From a virus (Duplodnaviria > Heunggongvirae > Uroviricota > Caudoviricetes), in the IMG/VR virus record IMGVR_UViG_3300032007_004072, positions 10,223 to 74,222 of that record: a stretch of 64,000 nt of DNA; one strand, written 5' to 3'. A program made the position numbers and the translations under genes. The notes beneath the pieces are model-generated. The model was not told where the DNA came from and searched no databases. It saw nothing but the letters and a program-made list of their open reading frames with translations. Below, in pieces: positions 35,315 through 44,776 of this stretch (positions are counted from its first letter, which is position 1; each line of letters begins with the position of its first letter).

Positions 35315-37534
35315 GTGAGGGTGAGTTATGTGGTAAAGGTTAGAAAAAGAGATGGGAGCTTACAGGATTTTAATGCGGAAAAGATATACAAGGCAGTACA
35401 AAAAGCAGGGGATTTATCTTATTCAGATATAAATTCTGTGGTACAGAAAGTTACAAAAAAATTGAGAAAATTATCAGATATTTCTGTTCATGATATACAA
35501 ACTGCTATAGAAAATGAGTTGATGCACTCTCACTTTTATGATGTAGCAAGAAGTTATATTTCTTATAGACATTTGCATGATGTAGCAAGAGAAAAATATG
35601 CACAACTATTAGATATAGTAGACGAAAAATTATTTGCAAAAAATGTTCAAAACCAAAATGCTAATGTGGATGAAAGATCTTTTGGTGGTCGTAAAGGTGA
35701 AATGACCAATGAACTTTTAAAGGACTACGCTTTAAATTACTGTATGTCTAAAATGGCAAGAGATAATCATCTAAATAACGAAATTTATATACACGATCTT
35801 GATAGTTATGCGCTTGGGCTTCATAATTGTTTATCTTGTCCTTTAGATCATTTACTTATGTATGGTTTTAATACTAGACAAGTAGATATTAGACCTGCCA
35901 ATTCTATAAATACTGCTATGCAGTTAGTTGCAGTTATTTTTCAGCTTCAAAGTCTTGCTCAATTTGGTGGAGTTGCTGCAACACATGTTGATTGGACTAT
36001 GATTCCTTATGTAAGAAAGTCCTTTAATAAGCATTTTTGTGATGGATTAAAATATATTGAAGAAGCAGATGATTTGGTTATTGTATATAAAGAACCTTGT
36101 GGAGCAAATGTAGTTGATATATCTATTGATGATAATTGGTATAAAAAGATACCTAAAGTGTATAAATATGCGATGGATATGACGATAAAAGAAACAGAAC
36201 AGGCAGTTGAGGGATTATACCATAATTTAAATTCTTTACAAAGTCGCTCTGGCAATCAGTTACCATTTTCTTCAATTAATTTTGGCACATGTACTAGTAT
36301 TGAGGGAAGACTTGTTATTAGGGCATTGCTTGAAGGAAGTATCAGAGGTGTGGGGAGATTACACAAAACTTCTGTGTTTCCCTGCGTCATTTTCCAGGTT
36401 GGGGAAGGAATAAATAAACATAAAGGAGATCCTAATTATGATTTATTTAGATTAGCTTTAACATGTACGGCTAAAAGACTTTATCCTAACTATGCTAACA
36501 TAGATTGGTCTGTAAATGAGGGGTATGATAAGAATGATCCAAATACATTTATGGCAACTATGGGATGCCGCACATATAATGGGTTCGATATAAATGGTCT
36601 TGGTCAGCTTAAAGATGGTAGAGGTAATATTACTCCAGTTACTATTATTCTTCCTACTTTAGCTATGGAGACTAAAGAATCTTTAAGTGATAATGATGAT
36701 TTAGTGGAAAAATTTATGGAATACTTAGATGTTAAAATATCTGAAGGTATTGAGATGCTTGTTGAAAGATATGAGTGGATTTGTTCTCAAGATCCAGCAT
36801 CTGCTACTTTTATGTGGGAAAATAATACTATGGTAGGTTATGATGGTAAAGATATTAGATCTGCTATGAAACATGGTACATTGGCTCTCGGTCAATTAGG
36901 GCTAAGTGAAACTTTAGAAATACTTATTGGATGTGACCATACAACAGAAGAAGGTATGGAGTTGGCTAAACGTATCGAGAAATTATTTTATGATAGATGT
37001 AAAGCTTATAAATTAGAACATAAATTAAATGTTGGAGTATATTTTTCTCCTGCTGAAAATCTTTGTTATACAGCAATGAATAAATTTAAGAAAAAGTATG
37101 GAGTAATTTCTAAAGTATCAGATAAAAAATATTTTACAAATAGTATACATGTACCTGTATATAAAAAGGTTGATGTATTTGAAAAAATAGATATTGAATC
37201 ACAGTTGACAGGATATTCAAATGCTGGCTGTATAACTTACGTAGAACTTGATGCTACCGCTAAACATAATATAGACGCTTTAGAGAAGATAGTTATTTAT
37301 GCCATGGATAAAGATATTCCATATTTCGCTATAAATGTCCCTAATGATACTTGTCAAAATTGTGGGTATTGTGATGAAATGAATGATACTTGTCCTAAGT
37401 GTGGTAGTAGTGATATTCAAAGATTACGTAGGGTCACAGGGTATATGACTTCAGATTATAAGAAAGCATTTAATTTAGGTAAACAGCAAGAAGTAGAGAT
37501 GCGAGTAAAACATACTGGAGTTGAGATGGATTGA
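35315..37534 (+). CDS. nrdD: anaerobic ribonucleoside-triphosphate reductase (class III RNR), 739 aa, with N-terminal ATP-cone and C-terminal glycyl-radical motif
   Basis: ATP-cone VVKVRKRDGSLQDFNAEKIYKAVQKA; Cys-rich CQNCGYCDEMNDTCPKCG; glycyl radical RRVTGYM. Confidence 0.9.
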   Translation: MRVSYVVKVRKRDGSLQDFNAEKIYKAVQKAGDLSYSDINSVVQKVTKKLRKLSDISVHDIQTAIENELMHSHFYDVARSYISYRHLHDVAREKYAQLLDIVDEKLFAKNVQNQNANVDERSFGGRKGEMTNELLKDYALNYCMSKMARDNHLNNEIYIHDLDSYALGLHNCLSCPLDHLLMYGFNTRQVDIRPANSINTAMQLVAVIFQLQSLAQFGGVAATHVDWTMIPYVRKSFNKHFCDGLKYIEEADDLVIVYKEPCGANVVDISIDDNWYKKIPKVYKYAMDMTIKETEQAVEGLYHNLNSLQSRSGNQLPFSSINFGTCTSIEGRLVIRALLEGSIRGVGRLHKTSVFPCVIFQVGEGINKHKGDPNYDLFRLALTCTAKRLYPNYANIDWSVNEGYDKNDPNTFMATMGCRTYNGFDINGLGQLKDGRGNITPVTIILPTLAMETKESLSDNDDLVEKFMEYLDVKISEGIEMLVERYEWICSQDPASATFMWENNTMVGYDGKDIRSAMKHGTLALGQLGLSETLEILIGCDHTTEEGMELAKRIEKLFYDRCKAYKLEHKLNVGVYFSPAENLCYTAMNKFKKKYGVISKVSDKKYFTNSIHVPVYKKVDVFEKIDIESQLTGYSNAGCITYVELDATAKHNIDALEKIVIYAMDKDIPYFAINVPNDTCQNCGYCDEMNDTCPKCGSSDIQRLRRVTGYMTSDYKKAFNLGKQQEVEMRVKHTGVEMD

Positions 37535-38025
37535 GATATTTAGAAATAGATAAGGCTTCCATTAATAACGGTATGGGTATTCGTTGTGTGCTATTTGTTA
37601 GTGGTTGTAATCATTGTTGTTTAGGTTGTCATAATAGTAATTCATGGGATTTTAATTGTGGTAATATATTCACAAAAGAAACCGAAGATAAAATTTTGAA
37701 GTACCTTGCAAAACCAGAAGTAGATGGTATAACATTTAGTGGTGGAGATCCTTTGGCTTTTAGTAATAGAAATGATATACTAAAATTTGCAAAAAGGATA
37801 AAAGAAGAATTGCCTCATAAAAATATTTGGTGTTATACTGGGTATACTTGGGAAGAACTAGACGGAATTGATTTATCCTGTATAGATGTATTAGTGGATG
37901 GGGAATTTGAATTAAATAATCGTGATATAACATTAGCTTTTAAAGGATCATCAAATCAAAGAATAATAGACGTAAAAGCGTCTTTAGATAATAATAAAGT
38001 TGTTTTATTAAATTTGGAGGGATGA
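37531..38025 (+). CDS. nrdG: anaerobic RNR activating protein (radical SAM), 164 aa
   Basis: CNHCCLGCHN (CxxxCxxC) cluster motif; GITFSGGDPL; translationally coupled to nrdD. Confidence 0.85.
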   Translation: MRYLEIDKASINNGMGIRCVLFVSGCNHCCLGCHNSNSWDFNCGNIFTKETEDKILKYLAKPEVDGITFSGGDPLAFSNRNDILKFAKRIKEELPHKNIWCYTGYTWEELDGIDLSCIDVLVDGEFELNNRDITLAFKGSSNQRIIDVKASLDNNKVVLLNLEG

Positions 38026-38028
38026 GTT

Positions 38029-38628
38029 TTGAACGTATATATTTTAAGAAACGGTCTTAATAGACAATTTATTAATGCATATGACACTGAAGCAAGTGCC
38101 ATTGCAGAACGTAGTAATCTTTTAAAGGTTGGATCTTATCGTAAAATTGATCTAGAAACTATTGAGGTAAGTTCTGATGTGGTAACAGCATTATCTGCTG
38201 TAAAAGTAGAAGGGTATTTCGCATCTGGTGGCCCTAGACTTACTATTACTCCATATAATATTCCAGAAGGAGTAACAGAAGTAGATAAGATGACATTTAC
38301 TGTAACTGCTAATCTTGTTAGCTTTGTTGGATATGCTAAATTAACTGAAGCAGAAATTAGTGCTAGTGATATTACATCTTTAAAAACTAGACTTACAAGT
38401 TGGATTGAAGGATTATTTAGTGAAAGACTTGTTAATGACAATCCTGAACAGGTAGATCCACAACCAGATCCTGAACCAGAGCCTGAACCAACTCCAGATC
38501 CTGACCCAGATCCAGAACCTGATCCTGACCCTGACCCAGATACTGGTGGAGAAGGTGGTTCAGAAACCGAAGGAGGAAGTACAGAACCTACTGAAGGTGG
38601 TACAGAAACAGGAGATGGAGAAGGTTAA
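38029..38628 (+). CDS. hypothetical protein (199 aa), paralog of 38646; C-terminal acidic Pro-rich low-complexity tail (PDPEPEPEPTPDPDPDPEPDPDPD...GGEGGSETEGG)
   Basis: N-terminal 135 aa align with the next ORF (MNVYILRNGLNRQFINAYDTEASA... vs MYVYLLKNGRNGQIISACDQEDNA...). Confidence 0.55.
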   Translation: MNVYILRNGLNRQFINAYDTEASAIAERSNLLKVGSYRKIDLETIEVSSDVVTALSAVKVEGYFASGGPRLTITPYNIPEGVTEVDKMTFTVTANLVSFVGYAKLTEAEISASDITSLKTRLTSWIEGLFSERLVNDNPEQVDPQPDPEPEPEPTPDPDPDPEPDPDPDPDTGGEGGSETEGGSTEPTEGGTETGDGEG

Positions 38629-38645
38629 TAATATTTAAAGGAGGT

Positions 38646-39071
38646 ATGATAAACATGTATGTATATTTATTAAAAAATGGTAGAAATGGTCAGATTATTT
38701 CTGCTTGTGATCAAGAGGATAATGCAGGTACACTTAAAGCAAACCTCATTAAAACTGGTGAATATGACACAATTAATGTCGAAGAAGTAGAAGTAAGCCA
38801 AGATTACATTGAACCACTTTCTATTGTACGTATTCGTGGTAATATTAAACCACAAGGGCCAGTATTTGATATCTTTGCTTATAATCCAGATGGATTAGTA
38901 GAAGATACACTTATCTTTAATGTAGCAGGTAATAATATTTCTTTTAATGGTTATGTGAATTTAACACAGGCTGAAAAGCAACTTGCAGATGTAGATGCCC
39001 TTAAACAACGTATTGGTAAATGGGTTAGCAATTCTCTAGCAGAAAGGTTGATGAATGATAATCCTATTTAA
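38646..39071 (+). CDS. hypothetical protein (141 aa), paralog of 38029 without the acidic tail
   Basis: Shared motifs ...NLLKVGSYRKIDLETIEVSSD / NLIKTGEYDTINVEEVEVSQD; ...LVNDNPE / LMNDNPI. Confidence 0.55.
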   Translation: MINMYVYLLKNGRNGQIISACDQEDNAGTLKANLIKTGEYDTINVEEVEVSQDYIEPLSIVRIRGNIKPQGPVFDIFAYNPDGLVEDTLIFNVAGNNISFNGYVNLTQAEKQLADVDALKQRIGKWVSNSLAERLMNDNPI

Positions 39072-39101
39072 AGTGAGGCGATATTTATTAGCAATGTTAG
39101 T

Positions 39102-39752
39102 ATGAATTACCATATTGGAGAAAGAATTGGTAAGCTTACTATTATAGGTGTTAGGTATAAAAAGGGTGAACGTACAAAAATGATTTGTGAGTGTGAATGT
39201 GGAGGATTTAAGACTGTTAGCTATAGCCATTTAAGTAGTGGTATGGTAAAGTCTTGTGGATGTTTAAAGCATAGTGGTTATACATCTACACATGGAATGA
39301 CAGGTACTAGATTTTATCATATTTATCATGATGCAAAAAGACGTTGTACTTCTCCTAAATGTATTGGGTATGAAAATTACGGTGGACGAGGTATAAAAGT
39401 TGAGTGGAATACATTTGAAGAATTTATGTCTGATATGTATGAAAGTTATCAAGTACATGTAGAAGAATTTGGTGAGAAGGAGACTACGTTAGACAGGATT
39501 GATGTAGATGGGAATTATTGTAAAGAAAATTGTAGGTGGACTACACATTTAAAGCAGGGAAATAATACAAGAAGAAATCACTATATAACTATAGACGGTA
39601 TTACAAAAACTGCTAAAGAGTGGTGGCGAGAATGCGGAAAGGTAGCTTATCAAACTTTTATTAGTCGTATAAATGATTTTGGTTGGGAGCCTATAAAAGC
39701 ACTCACAACTCCACCAAAACCAATAGGCAATAATGTATATAAGAAGGATTAA
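39102..39752 (+). CDS. HNH_3-like homing-endonuclease-family protein (216 aa; one Zn-ribbon module + core)
   Basis: TRFYHIYHDAKRRCTSPKCIGYENYGGRGIKVEWNTFEEF...TLDRIDVDGNYCKENCRWTTHLKQGNNTRRN. Confidence 0.7.
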   Translation: MNYHIGERIGKLTIIGVRYKKGERTKMICECECGGFKTVSYSHLSSGMVKSCGCLKHSGYTSTHGMTGTRFYHIYHDAKRRCTSPKCIGYENYGGRGIKVEWNTFEEFMSDMYESYQVHVEEFGEKETTLDRIDVDGNYCKENCRWTTHLKQGNNTRRNHYITIDGITKTAKEWWRECGKVAYQTFISRINDFGWEPIKALTTPPKPIGNNVYKKD

Positions 39753-39762
39753 ATTAGAGGAT

Positions 39763-39796
39763 AGGACAGGAGAAAATTTTCCTGTCCTTTTTTATT
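39763..39796 (+). terminator. intrinsic terminator AGGACAGG-agaaaatttt-CCTGTCCT + T-run
   Basis: 8-bp perfect stem then TTTTTTATTTTT. Confidence 0.7.
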
Positions 39797-39803
39797 TTTC
39801 TTC

Positions 39804-39832
39804 TTGACAAACCCTTAGAAGTGTGATATACT
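39804..39832 (+). promoter_or_regulatory. sigma-A-like promoter: TTGACA, 17 nt, TATACT (TGa extended -10)
   Basis: cTTGACAaacccttagaagtgtgaTATACT. Confidence 0.6.
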
Positions 39833-39859
39833 ATGTATAGAAATTGAGGAGGAGCAAAT

Positions 39860-40204
39860 ATGGGTCTATTTAATATCCCTAAACAGGAGAAGCCTAAGAA
39901 AAACCTAACGCTTTTAGAAATTGCTGAATCTAAGTTTGGAGATGATAGTGCTTTAATGAAAGAGATTAAAGATTTTCTAAAAGTATGTAGACAAAAACGA
40001 TTCTATCCAACTAAAATAAGCTGGATAGCTCAATGTGAACTCTTAGAAAAAATACCTAAAATAGAAAGAGTTCAAATGGTTCATAGATCTGTATTGTGTG
40101 GATATAGGCAGATGGCATATGAACAAAATAATAATAGACCACAAGAGTCTGTAACTAGGAAAAAGCAAGATGAAAGTAAAATAAGAAAGGATTTGGTTTT
40201 CTAA
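39860..40204 (+). CDS. hypothetical protein (114 aa)
   Basis: GAGGAGG RBS; ORF from track. Confidence 0.5.
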   Translation: MGLFNIPKQEKPKKNLTLLEIAESKFGDDSALMKEIKDFLKVCRQKRFYPTKISWIAQCELLEKIPKIERVQMVHRSVLCGYRQMAYEQNNNRPQESVTRKKQDESKIRKDLVF

Positions 40205-40419
40205 TGAGCAAGGAAGAAGTAAAGAAACTGATTGATGAAGCAATTTCTGACTTGGAGGTTGCAGAAAATCATCTTAATTATGTTGATAAGGAATATGTTG
40301 ATGTTGCAATTTTGGAAGTATCAGTAGCTATGAAAAAACTTGAAGTTGCAACTAGTTTAATGAAGAAGATTGATCCAAAGGAGGAAGAATTTTGCGGTAC
40401 AGAGGGTTTGAGAGAGTAA
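40204..40419 (+). CDS. small hypothetical protein (71 aa)
   Basis: ATG overlapping upstream stop. Confidence 0.4.
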   Translation: MSKEEVKKLIDEAISDLEVAENHLNYVDKEYVDVAILEVSVAMKKLEVATSLMKKIDPKEEEFCGTEGLRE

Positions 40420-40838
40420 AGGATGCTAGTAAAGATGTAAAATTACCAACAAGGTCTGATTTAAGATCAGCAGGATATGATATTTATAGTAATGAAGATG
40501 CTATTATAGCACCTAATACTATGCATGTATTTAAGACAGATGTAAAAGCATATATGCCTAGTAATGAGTATTTGGCTATTCATGTGCGTAGCTCTATAGG
40601 AATTAAAAAACATTTAATGCTTGCTAATATTACAGGAATTATAGATAGTTCTTATTATAGCAATATCCAAAACGATGGCAATCTTTTAGTAGCATTATAT
40701 AATTATGGGGATGAGTCTGTAGAAATTAAGAAGTATGATAGAATTGCTCAAGGCATTTTTTCTTCATATTATATTACAGATGATGATAAACCACTTTCAG
40801 ATATTCGTACTGGTGGAGTTGGTTCTAGTGGAAAGTAA
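40392..40838 (+). CDS. dut: dUTP diphosphatase (dUTPase), 148 aa, TTG start
   Basis: Motifs KLPTRSDLRSAGYDIYS, RSSIG, GIIDSSYYSN, C-terminal RTGGVGSSG. Confidence 0.75.
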   Translation: MRYRGFERVKDASKDVKLPTRSDLRSAGYDIYSNEDAIIAPNTMHVFKTDVKAYMPSNEYLAIHVRSSIGIKKHLMLANITGIIDSSYYSNIQNDGNLLVALYNYGDESVEIKKYDRIAQGIFSSYYITDDDKPLSDIRTGGVGSSGK

Positions 40839-41028
40839 ATTAGATATAGTAATATTAGGGCAAGAATTGATAAAGTTACATGCAAAGTATCCTCATCAAA
40901 GATTTTTGCAATTACTTTATAATATTTTAATGAAAGAATATGGTACAGCAGATCTTAATTGTGGCAAGTTATACAACTTAAAAGATTCAGAATTATTGGA
41001 AGTTATTAAAAAAGGAGATTTATCATGA
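40828..41028 (+). CDS. small hypothetical protein (~66 aa); track ORF 40735 trimmed to GTG 40828 to avoid a 100-nt out-of-frame overlap with dut
   Basis: GGAGTTGG RBS then GTG overlapping the dut stop codon. Confidence 0.35.
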   Translation: MESKLDIVILGQELIKLHAKYPHQRFLQLLYNILMKEYGTADLNCGKLYNLKDSELLEVIKKGDLS

Positions 41029-41252
41029 TAATTGCAGTTAATCGTAGTACAGGAAAACTTTATTGCTATAGCCCAGATTCTACAACATACGTTAGTGATT
41101 TTATTTTTGAAGACACAAAAGCATTTCATGATGTTATTGTTGATGATGGTACAGAACATGAAGATGATTTTATTTTATTTGAAATAAGTGAAGTTTTTAA
41201 ACCAGATGTAATATACAGGGAAATAGATTATGACGATGGATGCATCTACTAA
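41025..41252 (+). CDS. small hypothetical protein (75 aa)
   Basis: ATGA overlap with upstream ORF. Confidence 0.45.
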   Translation: MIIAVNRSTGKLYCYSPDSTTYVSDFIFEDTKAFHDVIVDDGTEHEDDFILFEISEVFKPDVIYREIDYDDGCIY

Positions 41253-41874
41253 TTTTAAAGTAATTGATGGTAATAAGAAAACTACTGAATGGTGGCATGA
41301 GAAATATAAGTCAATAATAGATAATATTTTATTAAATCTAGACCCATATGATAGATATCAATATATGAGTCTTTGTAGATATTTAGTTAAAGATTTTAAT
41401 TGTATTTGTAAGTTAGAAGATAATAGTTATTTAATATTTCAGGCAGGTACAGAAACAACACAACTTTTAGCTAGGTTAACTCCAAAAGAATTTTTAATTA
41501 CATTTATTCCTAATAAAGTATATGATGGCAAGAAATATGAGTGTATAGATTATTTTAGTACTGTTGAAAAATTTACGTCCATGGACGAGTTTACTGCAAT
41601 CGGAGAAGATAACATAGAAGAAGTTCTTTGGGGCTATGATAATAGTGATATATTAAATTTTAACGTAAATATAATGTGTGCTATGTCTAATCTATATAGA
41701 CAACAAAATGGCACAGATATATTTGATGACTTCATGCGAGAACAAGGTAAAGAACCTTTACCTAAATATTACGAAGTAAAAACTCCTAGTGGTAAGAAAG
41801 TATTAGTAGATGAGGCAGGTAAAAAAGTTAGTGCTAGTAAAGTATATCCAGAATATATAAGGAGAGTAAAATGA
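41230..41874 (+). CDS. hypothetical protein (214 aa)
   Basis: ORF from track, tiled. Confidence 0.55.
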   Translation: MTMDASTNFKVIDGNKKTTEWWHEKYKSIIDNILLNLDPYDRYQYMSLCRYLVKDFNCICKLEDNSYLIFQAGTETTQLLARLTPKEFLITFIPNKVYDGKKYECIDYFSTVEKFTSMDEFTAIGEDNIEEVLWGYDNSDILNFNVNIMCAMSNLYRQQNGTDIFDDFMREQGKEPLPKYYEVKTPSGKKVLVDEAGKKVSASKVYPEYIRRVK

Positions 41875-42050
41875 AAGAAGTAACAGCAAATTGCTATGTA
41901 AATGGTAAAGCTAAAGTAACTATAGTAGTTCCAGATGATACTACAGAAGAAGAAATCTATGAAGAAATTGAAGCAAATTTAGATATTGGTGATTTAGATT
42001 ATCAGCTATCAGATGTAGATATTGATATTGACCTTGTTAGAATTATCTAA
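41871..42050 (+). CDS. small acidic protein (59 aa); not in ORF track (below 60 aa)
   Basis: ATGA overlap with upstream stop, GGAGAG RBS; MKEVTANCYVNGKAKVTIVVPDDTTEEEIYEEIEANLDIGDLDYQLSDVDIDIDLVRII. Confidence 0.4.
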   Translation: MKEVTANCYVNGKAKVTIVVPDDTTEEEIYEEIEANLDIGDLDYQLSDVDIDIDLVRII

Positions 42051-42062
42051 ATATTTTTGTAA

Positions 42063-42080
42063 GGGGAAAGCAATTTCCCC
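42063..42080 (+). terminator. terminator hairpin GGGGAAA-gcaa-TTTCCCC (near-identical to the 28169 terminator), U-rich downstream
   Basis: 7-bp stem; followed directly by TTGACATTTTCTCTTTTTTG. Confidence 0.55.
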
Positions 42081-42112
42081 TTGACATTTTCTCTTTTTTG
42101 TGCTATGATAAT
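42081..42112 (+). promoter_or_regulatory. sigma-A-like promoter: TTGACA, 17 nt, TATGAT(AAT)
   Basis: TTGACAttttctcttttttgtgcTATGATAAT. Confidence 0.45.
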
Positions 42113-42135
42113 ATGTGCAGAAAGGGGATAGATAG

Positions 42136-42342
42136 ATGTGGCTTATAATGTCTTGTTGGATACTAATTGTTCTTATGCTTTTTCAAACCTATCAAGAAGG
42201 TAAGAATAATAATGTGGTTAGATTAAGCTATAGGCAATCAAAATGTAGTTCTTGTAAGTATTTTAATAGCTTTACTCGTACTTGTAATTTAGAAAAAGAT
42301 TTTAAAAGATGTTATAGTTGGGAGAAAAGGAGGGGGTGGTAA
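42136..42342 (+). CDS. small Cys-rich membrane protein (68 aa)
   Basis: N-terminal TM MWLIMSCWILIVLMLF; AAAGGGGA RBS. Confidence 0.45.
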   Translation: MWLIMSCWILIVLMLFQTYQEGKNNNVVRLSYRQSKCSSCKYFNSFTRTCNLEKDFKRCYSWEKRRGW

Positions 42343-42343
42343 A

Positions 42344-43063
42344 GTGAATGAGTATGAGTATCATTATGAAGATAAGTGTTGGTTTAATGGATCTTGTCAC
42401 TTAGAAAAGACTAAAGGTTGTAATAAATTCTGTGCAATGCGTAGAGAATTTGACTACCTGCTTTTTGCAAGTGAAGTTCCAGATAAGTTTAAGAGTTATG
42501 ATAAAATATTATTAACACCTTCTGATGAAGACGTAGATGTATTTTATACTTTAAACGATATAAAGACTGATATAGATGCCTTTGTGGATGAAGGACGGTT
42601 TTTATATATTTGGGGTTATAATGCAGGCAGTGGTAAAAGTTCGTGGGCAATTAAAATTATGCTAACGTATTTAGCAATGAATAGTTTAGGTAATGGTTTT
42701 AATCCTAATGTAGCTTATTTTGTATATGTTCCTAGTTTTTTAGCTAATGCAAAAAATTTTGATGATAATGAAAAACGTCAGGAAGTAATTCAAAAAGCAT
42801 TAAACGTAAATCTTCTTATATTAGATGATATTGGAGCGATACATTTAAGTAAGTATGATGATTCAGTGCTTGCAGATGTAATTGATAACAGATATAGAAA
42901 TAAAAAAGCAACTATATTTACTAGTAACTTAAATCAAGAAGAGCTTGCGTCAAAGTGCGGTGTGAGAACTGCTGATAGAATATTGAGTGATATTTCATTG
43001 CAGATAATCGGAGAAAGTAGAAGAGCTTCAACAAATCAATATAGAAGGAAGGGTAACTTATGA
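42344..43063 (+). CDS. DnaC/IstB-like AAA+ helicase loader (239 aa) with N-terminal Cys-rich region
   Basis: Walker A GYNAGSGKS, Walker B LLILDDIGA. Confidence 0.75.
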   Translation: MNEYEYHYEDKCWFNGSCHLEKTKGCNKFCAMRREFDYLLFASEVPDKFKSYDKILLTPSDEDVDVFYTLNDIKTDIDAFVDEGRFLYIWGYNAGSGKSSWAIKIMLTYLAMNSLGNGFNPNVAYFVYVPSFLANAKNFDDNEKRQEVIQKALNVNLLILDDIGAIHLSKYDDSVLADVIDNRYRNKKATIFTSNLNQEELASKCGVRTADRILSDISLQIIGESRRASTNQYRRKGNL

Positions 43064-44343
43064 GCCTTTCAGAAAGTCAAGTAATAACTAAAGTAATAAA
43101 AGATAAAGATTACTCTGTATTAACTAATAATTTTTTAGATGAAACTTACTTCTTTGAGCATAGAGATGCGTTTAATTATGTTAGAGAATATTATGAAAAA
43201 TATAAATCTACTCCAACAGCTGAACAGTTAATTGCGAATTGTCCGAATTTTTCTTTTACAGACTTACCTTCTAATTTTAAATCTGTATTAGATGATATTA
43301 GAGAATTTAGGTTATTTAATCGTTGTGTAACTTTAATTCAATCTTCTGGGAAGATGATGGAAAAAGATGCTAATGATGGTGTTAGATATCTTTTATCTCA
43401 TGTAGATGAGTTAAAACTTACTAATGAAATAACTTGTGTTGATATGATGCATGATAAGGAAAGATTAGAGGTTTGGGAAGAAAGAAATAAACATCCAGCA
43501 GAGATATATATTGAAACTCCATTTAAAGAATTAAATGAATATGTATATGGTTATCAGAGAGGTGGAGATTTATTTCTTTACCTTAGTAAGTCTAATACAG
43601 GAAAATCTCAAGTACTTTGTAGTAGTGCTGCTAAAGCGTGTATGGATGGAGACAGAGTTTTATTTATTAGTCCAGAAATGCCAAAGCTTGATATTCAATA
43701 TCGTATAGATACTTACATCACTAATTTTTCTAATTTGGCTATGCAAAAAGGCTTACAAATAAATGGCTACAAAGAATATATTGAGGATATGAATAAAAGC
43801 GATAAGCATTTATTTGTTGTAGATATGACTGATTTAAATAGAAAAATAACTGTAAGTAAAATTGAGCAGTTAATTCAGCAGACTAAGTGTGATATTGTTT
43901 TTATTGATGGTATTAAATATGTTCGTCAAGATTATCCTAAGAAGGGGCAAACAGAAGCTGAAATAGAAGGAGAAGTTGGTGCAGAGTTACTTTCAATGTC
44001 TACACAGTATAAAATACCTGTAGTTGGTGTAGTACAAGCAAGACGTAGACAAAATGAAAGTAAGAGTAATGAACAGGTGGATATGGATGCAGAGTCTATT
44101 GGTGGATCATATTCTTTAGCGCAAGTGTCTACTAGAATTATTGCTATTCAAAAGAAAGCAGGAGCATTACAATTAAGTATAGCTAAGAATCGTTATGGTT
44201 TAGTAGATAAAAAACTTTTGTATGCATATGATTTTGATCACTTAACATTTAATTATATCCCAGATTTAGAAGATATAGAAAAAGATGAAGATTTAAAAAC
44301 ACAACAACAAGAAGTAAAAAAGACAGTAGCTAATGTATTTTAG
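43060..44343 (+). CDS. dnaB: DnaB-family replicative helicase (427 aa)
   Basis: N-terminal DnaB-like domain; RecA-like C-terminal domain with LYLSKSNTGKSQV Walker A and HLFVVDMTDL Walker B region. Confidence 0.8.
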   Translation: MSLSESQVITKVIKDKDYSVLTNNFLDETYFFEHRDAFNYVREYYEKYKSTPTAEQLIANCPNFSFTDLPSNFKSVLDDIREFRLFNRCVTLIQSSGKMMEKDANDGVRYLLSHVDELKLTNEITCVDMMHDKERLEVWEERNKHPAEIYIETPFKELNEYVYGYQRGGDLFLYLSKSNTGKSQVLCSSAAKACMDGDRVLFISPEMPKLDIQYRIDTYITNFSNLAMQKGLQINGYKEYIEDMNKSDKHLFVVDMTDLNRKITVSKIEQLIQQTKCDIVFIDGIKYVRQDYPKKGQTEAEIEGEVGAELLSMSTQYKIPVVGVVQARRRQNESKSNEQVDMDAESIGGSYSLAQVSTRIIAIQKKAGALQLSIAKNRYGLVDKKLLYAYDFDHLTFNYIPDLEDIEKDEDLKTQQQEVKKTVANVF

Positions 44344-44353
44344 GGGCGATAAC

Positions 44354-44776
44354 ATGCCAAGATTAAATCATAGATGGAAACCTATGCGTTATAGACTTAG
44401 AGGTGTTAAGGTAGGTTTAACTAAATTAATAAATAGGTTAAAGTTAGAAGCAGTGTTTCCAGAAGAATTAGAAGATATAAAACTACTAGAAGATGTGCTT
44501 AAAATAATGGATGTATATGATTTACAGCCAGCTAATAAAAAACGATGTCCCTTTTGTGATTCCAAGCAAGTTGCAGAAACAGTTATTAAAGATGTAGATT
44601 TAACTGCTTTATGCGGAAACGCTACAAGAGGTACTACAAGAACCACTTCATTTAAATTAAGAATATGTAAGAATTGTGGTGTATACGAACTAAAAGAAGT
44701 AAATAATTTTGGATTGGAGGATTACTATGAACGTGTTAGAAGAAGCAAAGAACAAGATGGCCCAAGTGATGACTAA
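44354..44776 (+). CDS. hypothetical Zn-ribbon protein (~140 aa); start trimmed to ATG 44354
   Basis: CPFCDS...CKNCG zinc ribbon; GGGGCG upstream of ATG. Confidence 0.5.
   Translation: MPRLNHRWKPMRYRLRGVKVGLTKLINRLKLEAVFPEELEDIKLLEDVLKIMDVYDLQPANKKRCPFCDSKQVAETVIKDVDLTALCGNATRGTTRTTSFKLRICKNCGVYELKEVNNFGLEDYYERVRRSKEQDGPSDD

Noticed and set aside
40735-41028. Track ORF 40735..41028 overlapping dut by ~100 nt out of frame (possible programmed frameshift?)
   Set aside because: No slippery heptamer or pseudoknot is seen. A GTG at 40828 with an upstream GGAG-like RBS overlapping the dut stop gives a conventional coupled small gene, so the shorter model is preferred.
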